Assembly (NCBI GenBank): GCA_965243135.1
Contig: OZ251539.1
Location: forward strand, 3,232,001-3,296,000
Reading direction: 5' to 3'
DNA length: 64,000 nt
DNA from: Alphaproteobacteria bacterium
Lineage (GTDB): Bacteria; Pseudomonadota; Alphaproteobacteria; MPNO01; UBA830
A program made the translations under genes and the position numbers. Below, in pieces: positions 11,043 to 23,931 of the stretch. Positions within the stretch are counted from its first letter, which is position 1. Each line of letters starts with the position of its first letter. The notes beneath the pieces are model-generated. The model made no database searches. It was not told the DNA's origin and worked only from the letters and a program-made list of their open reading frames with translations.

Positions 11043-12374
11043 TCAGCTATCTTCGCCATAATGTCGCGCAAGCAGTTTCGCCGTCTGGTTTTTGACGTCC
11101 GAATTTCTTCCCTCCATCGCCGATTTGACGAGCCTGGAAATTATGCGTTCCTTCAGCTTGATATCGGCAAGTTCATTCCGCTGCACCACTTCCGTCCACC
11201 GGCTGCGGGACTGATCGCTTCTACTGGTCAATTTTCCGAGAACTCTCGTATCCGCCGGCAGAACCTGATCCAGATAATACTGCCATCGATGTTCGCCGAT
11301 TTTTTCCAGAATCCTCGACGCGATCGGAGATGCCTCCCATGCTATCCCGTATTCATTTCCCAGAACTACGGACAACAGCGCGGTGATGCAGACGGGAAGC
11401 GCCGGAATTGGAATGGAAGTCCCCAGCCGGCCAAAACTTCTGGTAGGAGAAGTTTCATTATAGAAATTATTCATCCCGTCATGAGCGCGGAGGATCGCAT
11501 CAGCCGCTTTTGCGAAAGTATCGCTACGAAGATTCTCAGGAACGAAGTCGAATCCCTGCGCTTTCATAAGCGCTCGTTTCAAACCGCCTGCGGATATCGT
11601 TTTTCCGTCCAAGTAAACTTCTGCGTATGTACGTCCGACTTGCCATTTTTCGGGATCCTTAAGTTTCGGCCAAAGGATAGGTAAAATGAGATTGGCGTTG
11701 GCGAGAGAACGTTCCAACCGCGCTCCGGCAGAATTTTTGGCCGAATTCATTAAAATCTTTATCGTCAGCTTCCAAAAGAAGTAAGATGACGCAATCAAAC
11801 TGTCGATTTTATTCTTATCGGAGGAAAACGATTCCGACTCGAGCGCATTGCGAAACTCAACAAACTTCTCCGCTACTTCTATTTTCGGTTTTGCCAAAAC
11901 AGATTTCACGCAAACTTTCAGTGCACCAATCGCCTTCAACCCATCGACCTCTTCTTCGCCATCATTTTCCTCCATTTCTAGCTGATTGAAATGCGCGATC
12001 ATCTCGTGCGTGTGGCGCAACCGCATTGCCTCGGTTCCGTTGATAACCCCAAGCTCTTCGGCCAGCCTGATCGTATCCCGCGCCGTCAGTAAATCCTCCA
12101 CATCGTCTTGCTCGCTTACTTCCCTCCTGTCGAGCATTTCCCCAAGCAGTTGAAGGCCCACCGTCGCCAGTTCTTGTTTGAGCGAAGCGACGGTGCGCAG
12201 CCAAAGAAAGTTGAGGGCCATTTCGTAACGCTCCGCATCGAAAGCCGAGACGATCCGACGCTGGCTTTTCCTGCTGAGTCGCGCTGCATACCTCGTTATG
12301 ACTTTCGGGGTATTGGCGTCCGAAGGAACAAGTTCATTGTGTGCGGGCCGCCACAATTGCATCGGAACATTCAT
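11043..12374 (-). CDS. Hypothetical helical protein, possibly HEPN-like N-terminus; lower GC than flanks
   Basis: Intact ORF of about 443 aa with normal composition in visibly AT-richer DNA. 'AFDAERYEMALNFLW...LRHTHEMIAH' resembles HEPN-like helices, but the RxxxxH motif is degenerate. Confidence 0.75.
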   Translation of the reverse strand: MNVPMQLWRPAHNELVPSDANTPKVITRYAARLSRKSQRRIVSAFDAERYEMALNFLWLRTVASLKQELATVGLQLLGEMLDRREVSEQDDVEDLLTARDTIRLAEELGVINGTEAMRLRHTHEMIAHFNQLEMEENDGEEEVDGLKAIGALKVCVKSVLAKPKIEVAEKFVEFRNALESESFSSDKNKIDSLIASSYFFWKLTIKILMNSAKNSAGARLERSLANANLILPILWPKLKDPEKWQVGRTYAEVYLDGKTISAGGLKRALMKAQGFDFVPENLRSDTFAKAADAILRAHDGMNNFYNETSPTRSFGRLGTSIPIPALPVCITALLSVVLGNEYGIAWEASPIASRILEKIGEHRWQYYLDQVLPADTRVLGKLTSRSDQSRSRWTEVVQRNELADIKLKERIISRLVKSAMEGRNSDVKNQTAKLLARHYGEDS

Positions 12375-12457
12375 TGATGCGTCTCCCCGAACTCCGTCCA
12401 TCCGTCCCGAAATTGCGTGAAGGTTGCGAACACCCCTGCTCCAATCGGCGTATCAAT

Positions 12458-12475
12458 GTTTCATACGCTCTTCTT
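12458..12475. repeat. 18-bp dispersed repeat GTTTCATACGCTCTTCTT, copy 1
   Basis: Exact match to 49424-49441. Confidence 0.8.
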
Positions 12476-12577
12476 CGCAGTATTGGAGTTAGGAAAGTAG
12501 TGGTCCATGCGATGAACCTTGCGTGCAGGATTCAACGGCTCGCCGCCCGTCCGCGCTTCCTCCAAAAAACTATCGAG

Positions 12578-13903
12578 TTAAATGCCCTCCAAATAAAGAT
12601 CAGAAAATGGCTTTGACAGCTCATGCTTAATTTTCGCGATCTTCATTTTGAAGTCGTCTTCAATTCGAACGGGATTTGGAAAATGATTAAGGGCAACGAA
12701 CCGTTCATTATCCGGATATTTGGTAATATGAACCTCTAGCCATTTTAGAATGTCCAGACTGTGAGTCGCGACAACAACTTTAACGCCGCCCTTTGCCAAT
12801 TGAAAAAGAGCTTCTGCCAAAACAACTTGCCAACTTGGATGAAGATGAGCTTCGGGCTCGTCTATAAAGAGCATCGTCCTGCGATCAATGATCTTGCGTT
12901 CGATCAACGCGGCAAGGATGCCGATATTCGCAACGCCCGTAGCGGTCATTTGCAAGGAATAGCTGCGCCCGTTCTCCTGAAACATCATTTCGCCTCGTTC
13001 CGAAACGGAAACATGGCCATTGATTACGTCGCTGCCAACAAGCGAATGATAAACTTCTGGATATGCCATCTCTCCAGAGTATTCATGGGCAAGCTTGGCG
13101 GCGATATCGTAGAAATACTCTGGGACGCCCGTCAAGGTATCTCTGTGAGCGTGACGCGGAAAGTGACGGCGTATATCCTGAAGAGCGGTGAGCAACTTCC
13201 AATAAACGGGAGATTCCAAGTAAACGACATTGGCAATTTCGCCGAATGCCGCAAACGTCGAGCGTCCAATTCCCAATTCGAGATCCTTACCCGAAATGGT
13301 CAGCTGAATTATTTCATCGACATTTACTTTTGAATCTTCGTTCGGTTGCCCATTAAGTTCAGAAACTCCAGGAATCTGAAAGTTTTTGATTAGATTTTGT
13401 TCGATGCGATGTTTTAGCACCGCTTGAGTATATTTCCATTCATCTATCCCATCTCCAAATTCTTTCAAAATGTTATCAAGCGCCATTGACAGCTCTGCGA
13501 ACGCAAGCATTTGTCGTTGCATCCCCGGATTTTCAATTTCAACATCTATGACCTTTTTCATTCCTTTTGCTTTCAGATTTAATTCCGAAACTATGTCATC
13601 GAAACCTTGAGTTCCATCCTCGGAATAGGATGCAACAGTTCTTTTCATTTCAGATATTTGATTCCGAATAAAATCAGCGAGAATCCGTTTTTCTTCTGGG
13701 ATCGCATGAGGTTTGAGCGAATTAACCGCGTGCCGAAGCCCGTCCTGCTTCAGATCGGCGTTCATTGGGTCCAAAAGCGAGTACAGAAGCCTCGAAACGA
13801 AACTCTTCCCCGTATTGTTGGGGCCTGCGAACACCGTAAATTCGCCTATGTCGATCTCGGCTTCTTTTATTTTTCCAAAATTTCTAACCTTCAGGCTTTG
13901 CAT
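12578..13903 (-). CDS. ABC/AAA-type ATPase (AAA_15/AAA_21-like, defence-associated type)
   Basis: 'LKVRNFGKIK', Walker A 'GPNNTGKS', signature 'ATGVA', Walker B/D-loop 'FIDEPEAHLHP', H-loop 'VATHS'. Confidence 0.9.
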   Translation of the reverse strand: MQSLKVRNFGKIKEAEIDIGEFTVFAGPNNTGKSFVSRLLYSLLDPMNADLKQDGLRHAVNSLKPHAIPEEKRILADFIRNQISEMKRTVASYSEDGTQGFDDIVSELNLKAKGMKKVIDVEIENPGMQRQMLAFAELSMALDNILKEFGDGIDEWKYTQAVLKHRIEQNLIKNFQIPGVSELNGQPNEDSKVNVDEIIQLTISGKDLELGIGRSTFAAFGEIANVVYLESPVYWKLLTALQDIRRHFPRHAHRDTLTGVPEYFYDIAAKLAHEYSGEMAYPEVYHSLVGSDVINGHVSVSERGEMMFQENGRSYSLQMTATGVANIGILAALIERKIIDRRTMLFIDEPEAHLHPSWQVVLAEALFQLAKGGVKVVVATHSLDILKWLEVHITKYPDNERFVALNHFPNPVRIEDDFKMKIAKIKHELSKPFSDLYLEGI

Positions 13904-14019
13904 TAGTGATCTCGCTCACGGCGGGTTTTCCATGCTTGGCGTCGACGCGCGGTCCGGCGGAGACCGCGCCTCTCCGCTCAAACGCCGTAGTTCTTGTCGC
14001 CGTCGCCTCGCGTTATCGG

Positions 14020-16047
14020 CTAATGCGCCCGCTCCTCTTCGCGTTTCGCGGCGCGCTGCTGCACGATCTCGTCCGCGAGGCGGCCGCTCAGTTCCTGCAA
14101 ATGATCGAACTCCGCCGTGTACCTCCCCACGCCCTGGGTCAGCGACCGCAATTCGATGATCAGATCGTAGATCTCCGATTCGGGCATGTTCGCGAACAGC
14201 GAATCCCAACCGGTCCAACCCTCCTTCGGCTCGAAGCCCAGGATCTGGCCGCGCCGGCCGCTGACCAGCCCGTGCACCTTGTTGGTGTGCTCGGAAGGCA
14301 CGTCGATGGTGACCTTGGCGATCGGCTCGAGCAGCACCGGCGCGCATTTCGGCATGCCTTCCGTCATCGCGACCCGCGCCGCGAGCTTGAACGACATCTC
14401 GTTGCTGTCGACGGAATGGAACTTGCCGTCGGTGAGCGTGACCGCGAAATCCACGACCGGAAAGCCGAGCGGCCCCTCGGCCGCGAACTCCTTGATTCCG
14501 GCCTCCACCGCCGGAATGTATTGCTTCGGTACCGCGCCGCCAACGATCTTGTCGGCGAATTCGAAACCCTCTCCCCGAGGGCGGGGAGCGATGTCCACCA
14601 TGACGTCGCCGAACATGCCGTGGCCGCCGGTCTGGCGCTTGAAGCGGCCGTGCTGCGTCACGGACTTCTGGATCGTCTCCTTGTAGGGCACGCTCGGGCG
14701 CGCCGACTTGGCGGAGACGTTGTACTTGCCGCGCAACTTCTCGAGCGAAATCCGCAGGTGAATGTCGCCTTGCCCGTAGAGGACGAGCTCGTGGGTATCC
14801 TCGTTCTGCTCGTAACTCAGCGACGGATCCTCCTCGTTCAGGCGCTGCAGGCCGCCGGTCAGCTTGACCTCGTCGTTCCGGTTCTCGGGCGTGATCGCCA
14901 GCGAATAGACCGGGGTGAGCGGGACCGGCCAGGCGGATCCGTCGGGCGCGTCGCCGTCCGCGGTCAAAACGTCGCCGGTGCGCACGGACTCCATGCGGCC
15001 CAGGCCGACGACGACGCCGGCGGAAGCGCTCTGGATCGGCTCCGTCTGGCTTCCCAGCATCTTCGACAGGCTGCCGATCCGGCCGCCGTCGAGCGTCTGA
15101 CCGTCCCGGACCTCTCCCGCCCAGACCCTCGCGAGCGAAATCTTGCCGCTGTGCTGGGCATGGCAGGTCTTGAACACCTGAAGCGTCGCGCCGGCGGCGG
15201 AACCGAAGCCCAAATTCGCGGCGCGAACCTCGGGCCCGGGCGTATCGTGCCGCAGCGCCTTGAGCAGACGGCGAACCCCGTGAGTCCGTTCCGCCGACCC
15301 GAAGAATACCGGCACCAGCCGCCCCTCCCGCATGGCGCCCGCCGCCTTCGCGTAGATTTCGTCGACGTCGGGCACTTCGTCTTCGAGAAGCTTCTCGAGG
15401 ATCGAGTCGTCGAAATCCGCGAGCGTCTCGAGCATCTCCCCGCGAGCGATTTCTATCTCGTCGGAAAGCGCTTCGGGAAACTCGATTTCCTTCGACTCCG
15501 CGCCGTCGACGTAGCTGTAGGCCCGGCGGCTGCTCAGGTCGACGTACCCGGTGACCGCCTCGCCCTCGGTAATGGGATACTCCCGCAGCAGCAACGGCGC
15601 CGCCGCCACGTTCTTGAGGGACGCCGCCACGTCGGGAATCGGCTCGGCCAGCGTGTCGACCTTGTTGACGAAGACCATGTGCGGCAGCTTTCGCGCCTCG
15701 AGCGCCCTGAAGATCGGCGAAAGCGTCGCCGCGCGGTCGGCCACGGGCTCCATGACGACGACGCCGACGTCGGCGACGTTGAGCGCGTTCAACGCCTCCT
15801 GCAGCAACTCGATCGATCCGGGGCAATCGACGATCGACCAGTCGTCTCCGAGATAGTCCATCGATGCGGCGTTGAGTTCGGTGCTCATCTGGCGCGCCCT
15901 CGCCTCGCCGGACGAATCCCCGACCGTATTGCCCTCCTTGACCGATCCCTTGCGGTGGATCGCGCCCGCCGTGAAGAGCATGCTCTCGAGAAGGGTCGTC
16001 TTGCCGCTGAGATAGGGTCCGACCAGCGCGGCGCAGCGTGCACTCAT
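14020..16047 (-). CDS. Elongation factor G paralog (EF-G II type)
   Basis: Divergent G1 'GPYLSGKTT', 'DCPG', 'NKVD', 'KRQTGGHGMFG', 'HSVDSNEMSF'; not in the str operon. Confidence 0.92.
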   Translation of the reverse strand: MSARCAALVGPYLSGKTTLLESMLFTAGAIHRKGSVKEGNTVGDSSGEARARQMSTELNAASMDYLGDDWSIVDCPGSIELLQEALNALNVADVGVVVMEPVADRAATLSPIFRALEARKLPHMVFVNKVDTLAEPIPDVAASLKNVAAAPLLLREYPITEGEAVTGYVDLSSRRAYSYVDGAESKEIEFPEALSDEIEIARGEMLETLADFDDSILEKLLEDEVPDVDEIYAKAAGAMREGRLVPVFFGSAERTHGVRRLLKALRHDTPGPEVRAANLGFGSAAGATLQVFKTCHAQHSGKISLARVWAGEVRDGQTLDGGRIGSLSKMLGSQTEPIQSASAGVVVGLGRMESVRTGDVLTADGDAPDGSAWPVPLTPVYSLAITPENRNDEVKLTGGLQRLNEEDPSLSYEQNEDTHELVLYGQGDIHLRISLEKLRGKYNVSAKSARPSVPYKETIQKSVTQHGRFKRQTGGHGMFGDVMVDIAPRPRGEGFEFADKIVGGAVPKQYIPAVEAGIKEFAAEGPLGFPVVDFAVTLTDGKFHSVDSNEMSFKLAARVAMTEGMPKCAPVLLEPIAKVTIDVPSEHTNKVHGLVSGRRGQILGFEPKEGWTGWDSLFANMPESEIYDLIIELRSLTQGVGRYTAEFDHLQELSGRLADEIVQQRAAKREEERAH

Positions 16048-16140
16048 TTCATTCCTCCTTCGGACGGCTGGAGGGGCAGCCCCGCAAGCCGCGTTGTTTC
16101 TTGGCCTTCGTTCCTGCGAGAGGCAGGCAAGGATTTCCGT

Positions 16141-19601
<3,461 letters not shown>

Positions 19602-19649
19602 CGGCGCGGCGCCGGCGGGAGCGCACTCCCGCCGACGCCGCCCGGCGCG

Positions 19650-20081
19650 TCAGTACCCGATCGCGAACGCGACCGCTGCGCCCGCCTCCGAAAGCGACAC
19701 CGAGGCGTCGCCGAAGCTGGGCGGCCCCATGACGCCCTTGGCGTCGTTGGCGAAGCCGTAACCTTCCAACGGGATGCCCAGAATGTTCGCGTCGAGCTCT
19801 CCGTTGCCGTTTTCGTCGTGGAACGCGTTTACGGCGTAGCGCGCCGGCGGCAGACCGCGAAACACGACCCGCAGTCCTCCGGCCTGGGCCAGATTCCAGG
19901 CGCCGGAGATCATGCCGGCGGAGGCGGGAAACTCGACTCCGTCGACGGCGGCGTGGACCGCCACGTAGACCTTGCCCTTGTCGGACCGGATGCCGTTCAC
20001 CTCGACGGCCAGATCGGCCGCGGCGGCGGGCAACGCGAAAGCGAGAACTGCGGCGAGGGATGCCGCGAATCGTCGAACCAT
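19650..20081 (-). CDS. DUF2141 family exported protein
   Basis: Signal peptide 'MVRRFAASLAAVLAFALPAAAA'; 'YAVNAFHDENGNGELDANILGIPLEGYGFAND...GPPSF'. Confidence 0.88.
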   Translation of the reverse strand: MVRRFAASLAAVLAFALPAAAADLAVEVNGIRSDKGKVYVAVHAAVDGVEFPASAGMISGAWNLAQAGGLRVVFRGLPPARYAVNAFHDENGNGELDANILGIPLEGYGFANDAKGVMGPPSFGDASVSLSEAGAAVAFAIGY

Positions 20082-20152
20082 GATGCATATCCTTCGGATG
20101 GTTGATAGACTGCGGCCGCTCAGGGCGGCGCGCCGAACGAACATGCAGGAGA

Positions 20153-20995
20153 ATGTCGATCGCCAGCAATCGGGAATCCGTAGAATGCGCCGATTCTTCG
20201 CGAACCGTCGCAAGCGCGCCGTTCGCGATACGCGAATGGCGCCGAAGCGGCCGACTCCGTCGCCACCTGCTCGGTCTCGCGCTGGCGATCGCCGTCTTTT
20301 CCTATCTCGGGCCGTTCGGCACGGGAACGCGGCTGAGCCCCGTCGAACTCGCGATCTATTGGACGATCGCCATGACGGTGAACTGGGCGATCGCCGTGGC
20401 GATCATCCCGTTCAGCGCGGCGGCGCTCAAACGAGCCGGAAAGCCGGCCTGGTTCGGCGTGATCGTCGGGGCGCTCGTGGCCGCGACGCCCGGCACGGCC
20501 GTCGTCGTTGCGCTGGAGGCGGCCTTCAACCGTACGCCGACGCGGGCGGCGGACCTCGTCTACGTATATTCCTGCGTCGCCGTCGTGTTCGTCGTGGTCG
20601 GCTTTCTGGCGTACCGGCTGATCGACCGCGCGGAGACCGCGGCGGGCGACGGCGCGCCGCGTCAACCGGCCGCGCCGCGGCCCGGAGCGCCGTTTCTGTC
20701 GCGCCTGTCGGCGCGGCGCGGACGCAATCTGTTGCACCTGCACATGCAGGACCATTACGTGGAAGCGCATACCGACAAGGGGTCCGAACTCGTTCTGCTC
20801 AGGTTTCGGGACGCGATTCGCGAACTGGAAGGACTCGACGGCATGCAGGTCCACCGCTCGCACTGGGTCGCGGCTTCCGCGGTGGACCGCGCGTTGCGCC
20901 GCAACGGGCGGCTGTTCCTCAAGCTAACGAACGGCGACGAAGTTCCGGTCAGCCGTTCCTTCGTTCCCGCGCTGAAGGAGCGGGGCTGGATCTGA
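20153..20995 (+). CDS. Membrane-anchored LytTR-family transcriptional regulator
   Basis: About four TM segments, then LytTR 'QDHYVEAHT...QVHRSHWVA...VPVSRSF'; RBS CAGGAG before 20153. Confidence 0.88.
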   Translation: MSIASNRESVECADSSRTVASAPFAIREWRRSGRLRRHLLGLALAIAVFSYLGPFGTGTRLSPVELAIYWTIAMTVNWAIAVAIIPFSAAALKRAGKPAWFGVIVGALVAATPGTAVVVALEAAFNRTPTRAADLVYVYSCVAVVFVVVGFLAYRLIDRAETAAGDGAPRQPAAPRPGAPFLSRLSARRGRNLLHLHMQDHYVEAHTDKGSELVLLRFRDAIRELEGLDGMQVHRSHWVAASAVDRALRRNGRLFLKLTNGDEVPVSRSFVPALKERGWI

Positions 20996-21245
20996 GCGCC
21001 CCGAAGCCTTGCCCTGCGCGCCGAAGACCCGCGGCGGAATCCCGACGGCCGGGCGCGGACCGCGCCGACGGCCGGCGAGGCGGGCGTTCCGCCTCCCCTC
21101 CCGTTGCGGAACCGGCGTTCGAACGCCCCGCGGGCCGGCTTCCGGTCGAGAGGTCGCGGCCGTTCCCGAGAGGAAACGGGTCGCGATTCCTTGCCGCGGC
21201 GGATTATGTTACGAACCCTGAACCACAGCGCTCCGTTCCCGCACC

Positions 21246-22223
21246 ATGACCTATCTTCTCACCATCGCCGGCTTCGCCCTGCTGCTGGCCGGCGGCGAAG
21301 CGATCGTCCGGGGATCGGTCGCGCTCGCGGACCGGCTGGGCGTTTCCCCGCTGGTCGTGGGCGTGACCGTCGTAGGCTTCGGAACGTCGCTGCCCGAAAT
21401 GGTCGTCTGCGTGAACGCCGCCCTCACCGGCGCGCCGGGCCTCGCGGTCGGGAACGTCGTCGGCAGCAACATCGCGAACACGATGCTCGTCGTCGGGGTC
21501 GCCGCGTTGATCCTGCCGATCGCGGTCAATCCCAAGGCCGTGCGCCGCGACGCGCTCGGCATGGTCCTGGCGACCTTCGTTTTCGTCGCCGTCGGAGCGA
21601 CGACCGGCGGGCTCGCTTGGTGGCACGGGGCGCTGCTGCTCGCCGTGCTGTGCGTATACGTCGGCTTCACTTTCTGGCACGACGACAAGACCGACGACGA
21701 CGCGGCGAAGCTGCATCGCGAGGAAGCGGCGGAAAGAGGCACGATTCCCCTTCGCCTCGCCAGCCTGTTCTCCATCGTCGCCGCCGGCCTCGTCGCCGTG
21801 GTCGTCGGCGCGGAATGGCTGGTGACCGGCGCCACGCAGATGGCGCGTTCGTTCGGCGTTCCCGAAGAAGTCATCGGTCTGACCCTCGTGGCGGTCGGCA
21901 CCTCGCTGCCCGAGCTCGCCACCGCCGTCGTCGCGGCGTATCGCGGCCATTCCGACGTGTGCGTGGGCAACGTATTGGGCAGCAACGTCTTCAACCTTTT
22001 CGGAATCGCCGGCGTCACGGCGCTGTTCGCGCCGCTGCCGTTCTCTCCCAAAATCCTGGAGTTCGACCTGTGGGCGCTGCTGGCGAGCGCCGTCGTCATC
22101 CTGCCGTTCATGCTGACGGGCTTCCGGATCAGCAGGATCGAGGGAGCGGCGCTCGCGGCGCTTTACTGCGCCTTCGTCGCCGCCCAGTTCACCGGCCTGA
22201 GCGGCCTGGTTTCCGGGGCCTGA
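21246..22223 (+). CDS. Ca2+/Na+ antiporter (YrbG family)
   Basis: Two alpha repeats 'GTSLPE...GNVVGSN' and 'GTSLPE...GNVLGSN'. Confidence 0.93.
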   Translation: MTYLLTIAGFALLLAGGEAIVRGSVALADRLGVSPLVVGVTVVGFGTSLPEMVVCVNAALTGAPGLAVGNVVGSNIANTMLVVGVAALILPIAVNPKAVRRDALGMVLATFVFVAVGATTGGLAWWHGALLLAVLCVYVGFTFWHDDKTDDDAAKLHREEAAERGTIPLRLASLFSIVAAGLVAVVVGAEWLVTGATQMARSFGVPEEVIGLTLVAVGTSLPELATAVVAAYRGHSDVCVGNVLGSNVFNLFGIAGVTALFAPLPFSPKILEFDLWALLASAVVILPFMLTGFRISRIEGAALAALYCAFVAAQFTGLSGLVSGA

Positions 22224-22229
22224 ACGATC

Positions 22230-23009
22230 ATGGCGACCGACGCCCGCATGGTCCCCAAGGGAAACGCGCTCGTCACCGGAGCGGGCCGGCGGATCGGACG
22301 CGCCATCGCGCGCGCGCTCGCGAGCGACGGGTGGACGGTCGGCATCCACTGCCGGAATTCCGTCGACGAGGCGGAGGCCGCGCGCGCCGAAATCGTTCGG
22401 CGGGGCGGCAACGCCTACGTCGTCGTCGCGGACATATCCGACGAGGGCGAAGGCCGGCGGATTCTGGAACGGGCCGCCGAAGAAGCGGGGCCGGTCACCT
22501 GCCTCGTGAACAACGCCTCCGTCTTCGAGCGCGACGAGGTCCCGTCGGTCACGCGCGAAAGCTGGGATCTCCACATGGACGCCAACCTCCGGGCGCCCTT
22601 CTTCCTCGCCCAGACGATGGCGGCGAACCTGCCGCCCCGGCTGGAGGGCAACGTCGTCAACATCCTGGACCAGCGCGTGATCAACATGACCCCGGGCTTC
22701 GTTTCGTACACGGTCAGCAAGGCGGGCCTCTGGGCGCTCACCCGCAGCATGGCGCTGGCGCTCGCGCCGCGGATCCGGGTCAACGCGGTCGCTCCCGGCC
22801 CGACCCTGCCGAGCCCGCGCCAGTCGGCGGAGCAATTCAGGCGCCAGACCCTGCGCACGCCGCTGGGCCGCGGCGCGACGCCCGAAGAAATCGCCGACGG
22901 CGTTCGCTTCGTCCTTTCGGCGCCGTCGATGACGGGGCAGATAATCGCGCTCGACGGCGGCCAGCATCTGGGATGGGACGTTCCGCGAGCGCCCCCGATC
23001 GAGGAGTGA
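22230..23009 (+). CDS. SDR oxidoreductase (pteridine reductase/FolM-like)
   Basis: 'TGAGRRIG', 'NNAS', 'YTVSK'; directly upstream of folB. Confidence 0.88.
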   Translation: MATDARMVPKGNALVTGAGRRIGRAIARALASDGWTVGIHCRNSVDEAEAARAEIVRRGGNAYVVVADISDEGEGRRILERAAEEAGPVTCLVNNASVFERDEVPSVTRESWDLHMDANLRAPFFLAQTMAANLPPRLEGNVVNILDQRVINMTPGFVSYTVSKAGLWALTRSMALALAPRIRVNAVAPGPTLPSPRQSAEQFRRQTLRTPLGRGATPEEIADGVRFVLSAPSMTGQIIALDGGQHLGWDVPRAPPIEE

Positions 23010-23013
23010 CGGC

Positions 23014-23421
23014 ATGTCCGCCGCACCGCCGCAGACGAAATCCGTTCCCGGGCGTTCCGCGACGGAAAGCACGCGTAGGGTCTTCGTGAACGGTCTCGTT
23101 CTCGATTGCCTGATCGGAATTCACCGTCACGAACGCGACGGCGCGCAACGGGTGCGGATAAACCTGGATCTGGAGGTCAGGGAGTCGAAGCGGCCCATCG
23201 AGGACAAGCTGTCGAACGTGCTGTGCTACGAGCAGCTCGTCGCCAGGGTGCGAAAGCTGGCCGTTTCCGGACACGTCAATCTGGTCGAGACGCTCGCCGA
23301 GCGGGTAGCCTCGCTGTGCCTGGAAGAGCCGGAGGTCGCGGCGGCGAAGGTGCGGGTCGAAAAACTGGACGTTTTCGCCGACGCGGCCAGCGTCGGCGTG
23401 GAGATCTCGCGAAGAAAGTGA
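23014..23421 (+). CDS. folB: Dihydroneopterin aldolase
   Basis: 'IGIHRHER..AQRVRINLDL', 'NLVETLAE', 'KL......SVGVEI'. Confidence 0.88.
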   Translation: MSAAPPQTKSVPGRSATESTRRVFVNGLVLDCLIGIHRHERDGAQRVRINLDLEVRESKRPIEDKLSNVLCYEQLVARVRKLAVSGHVNLVETLAERVASLCLEEPEVAAAKVRVEKLDVFADAASVGVEISRRK

Positions 23422-23550
23422 CCGGACGACGCCGGACGTTCAACAGGTCCGCATTTCGCCGCGAGGCCGACGGGCGCGGGACAATCCGGACGACGGCGTC
23501 ATTCGTTTTTTTCGGGGCGCAGCCTGGCAGCGCCGGCCGCGCACGCGAAG

Positions 23551-23931
23551 TCAACGAGGCTTCGGCGCCCCTGGAGGAGGGTTTTCGCCGTCCGGCGCCG
23601 TCCGGTTTCTCTGCGCGCCGAGTACGGCGAGACTCCACCCGTCGAGCCTTCCCTCGATATTGGCCACCCGTTCGCCAAGTTTGGACACCTCGCCGCGGAG
23701 CGACGCGACATCGGCTCGCAGCGAGGTAAAATCGCGGCGCTGCGCCGCAATGCTTTCGTTCGTCGATATACGCAGGGCCTCAATGCTTTCGTTCGTGGAC
23801 ATCCGCGACGTCTCGAATCTCTCGTTCATGTCCACGCGCAACACTGCGATTTCCTTGCTCGTAGCCATGCGTCCTTCCACGATCAACGCAGCCAGCGCAA
23901 TCCCGACTCCGAGTATGGTCCCCGTCTTCAT
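23551..23931 (-). CDS. Small membrane-anchored coiled-coil protein with 11-aa tandem repeat
   Basis: ATG at 23931 preceded by GGAGG; hydrophobic N-terminus, 'STNESIEALRI STNESIAAQRR', ends 'ERVANIEGRLDG'. Confidence 0.7.
   Translation of the reverse strand: MKTGTILGVGIALAALIVEGRMATSKEIAVLRVDMNERFETSRMSTNESIEALRISTNESIAAQRRDFTSLRADVASLRGEVSKLGERVANIEGRLDGWSLAVLGAQRNRTAPDGENPPPGAPKPR

Noticed and set aside
12476-12577. Possible remnant of a small ATPase-partner gene ('RAVESC...DHYFPN')
   Set aside because: Only a few residues across frames; cannot be separated from the repeat-element explanation.
20190-20240. TTCGCGA repeats as LytTR binding sites
   Set aside because: Spacing of 25 bp is atypical and the word is common at this GC content.
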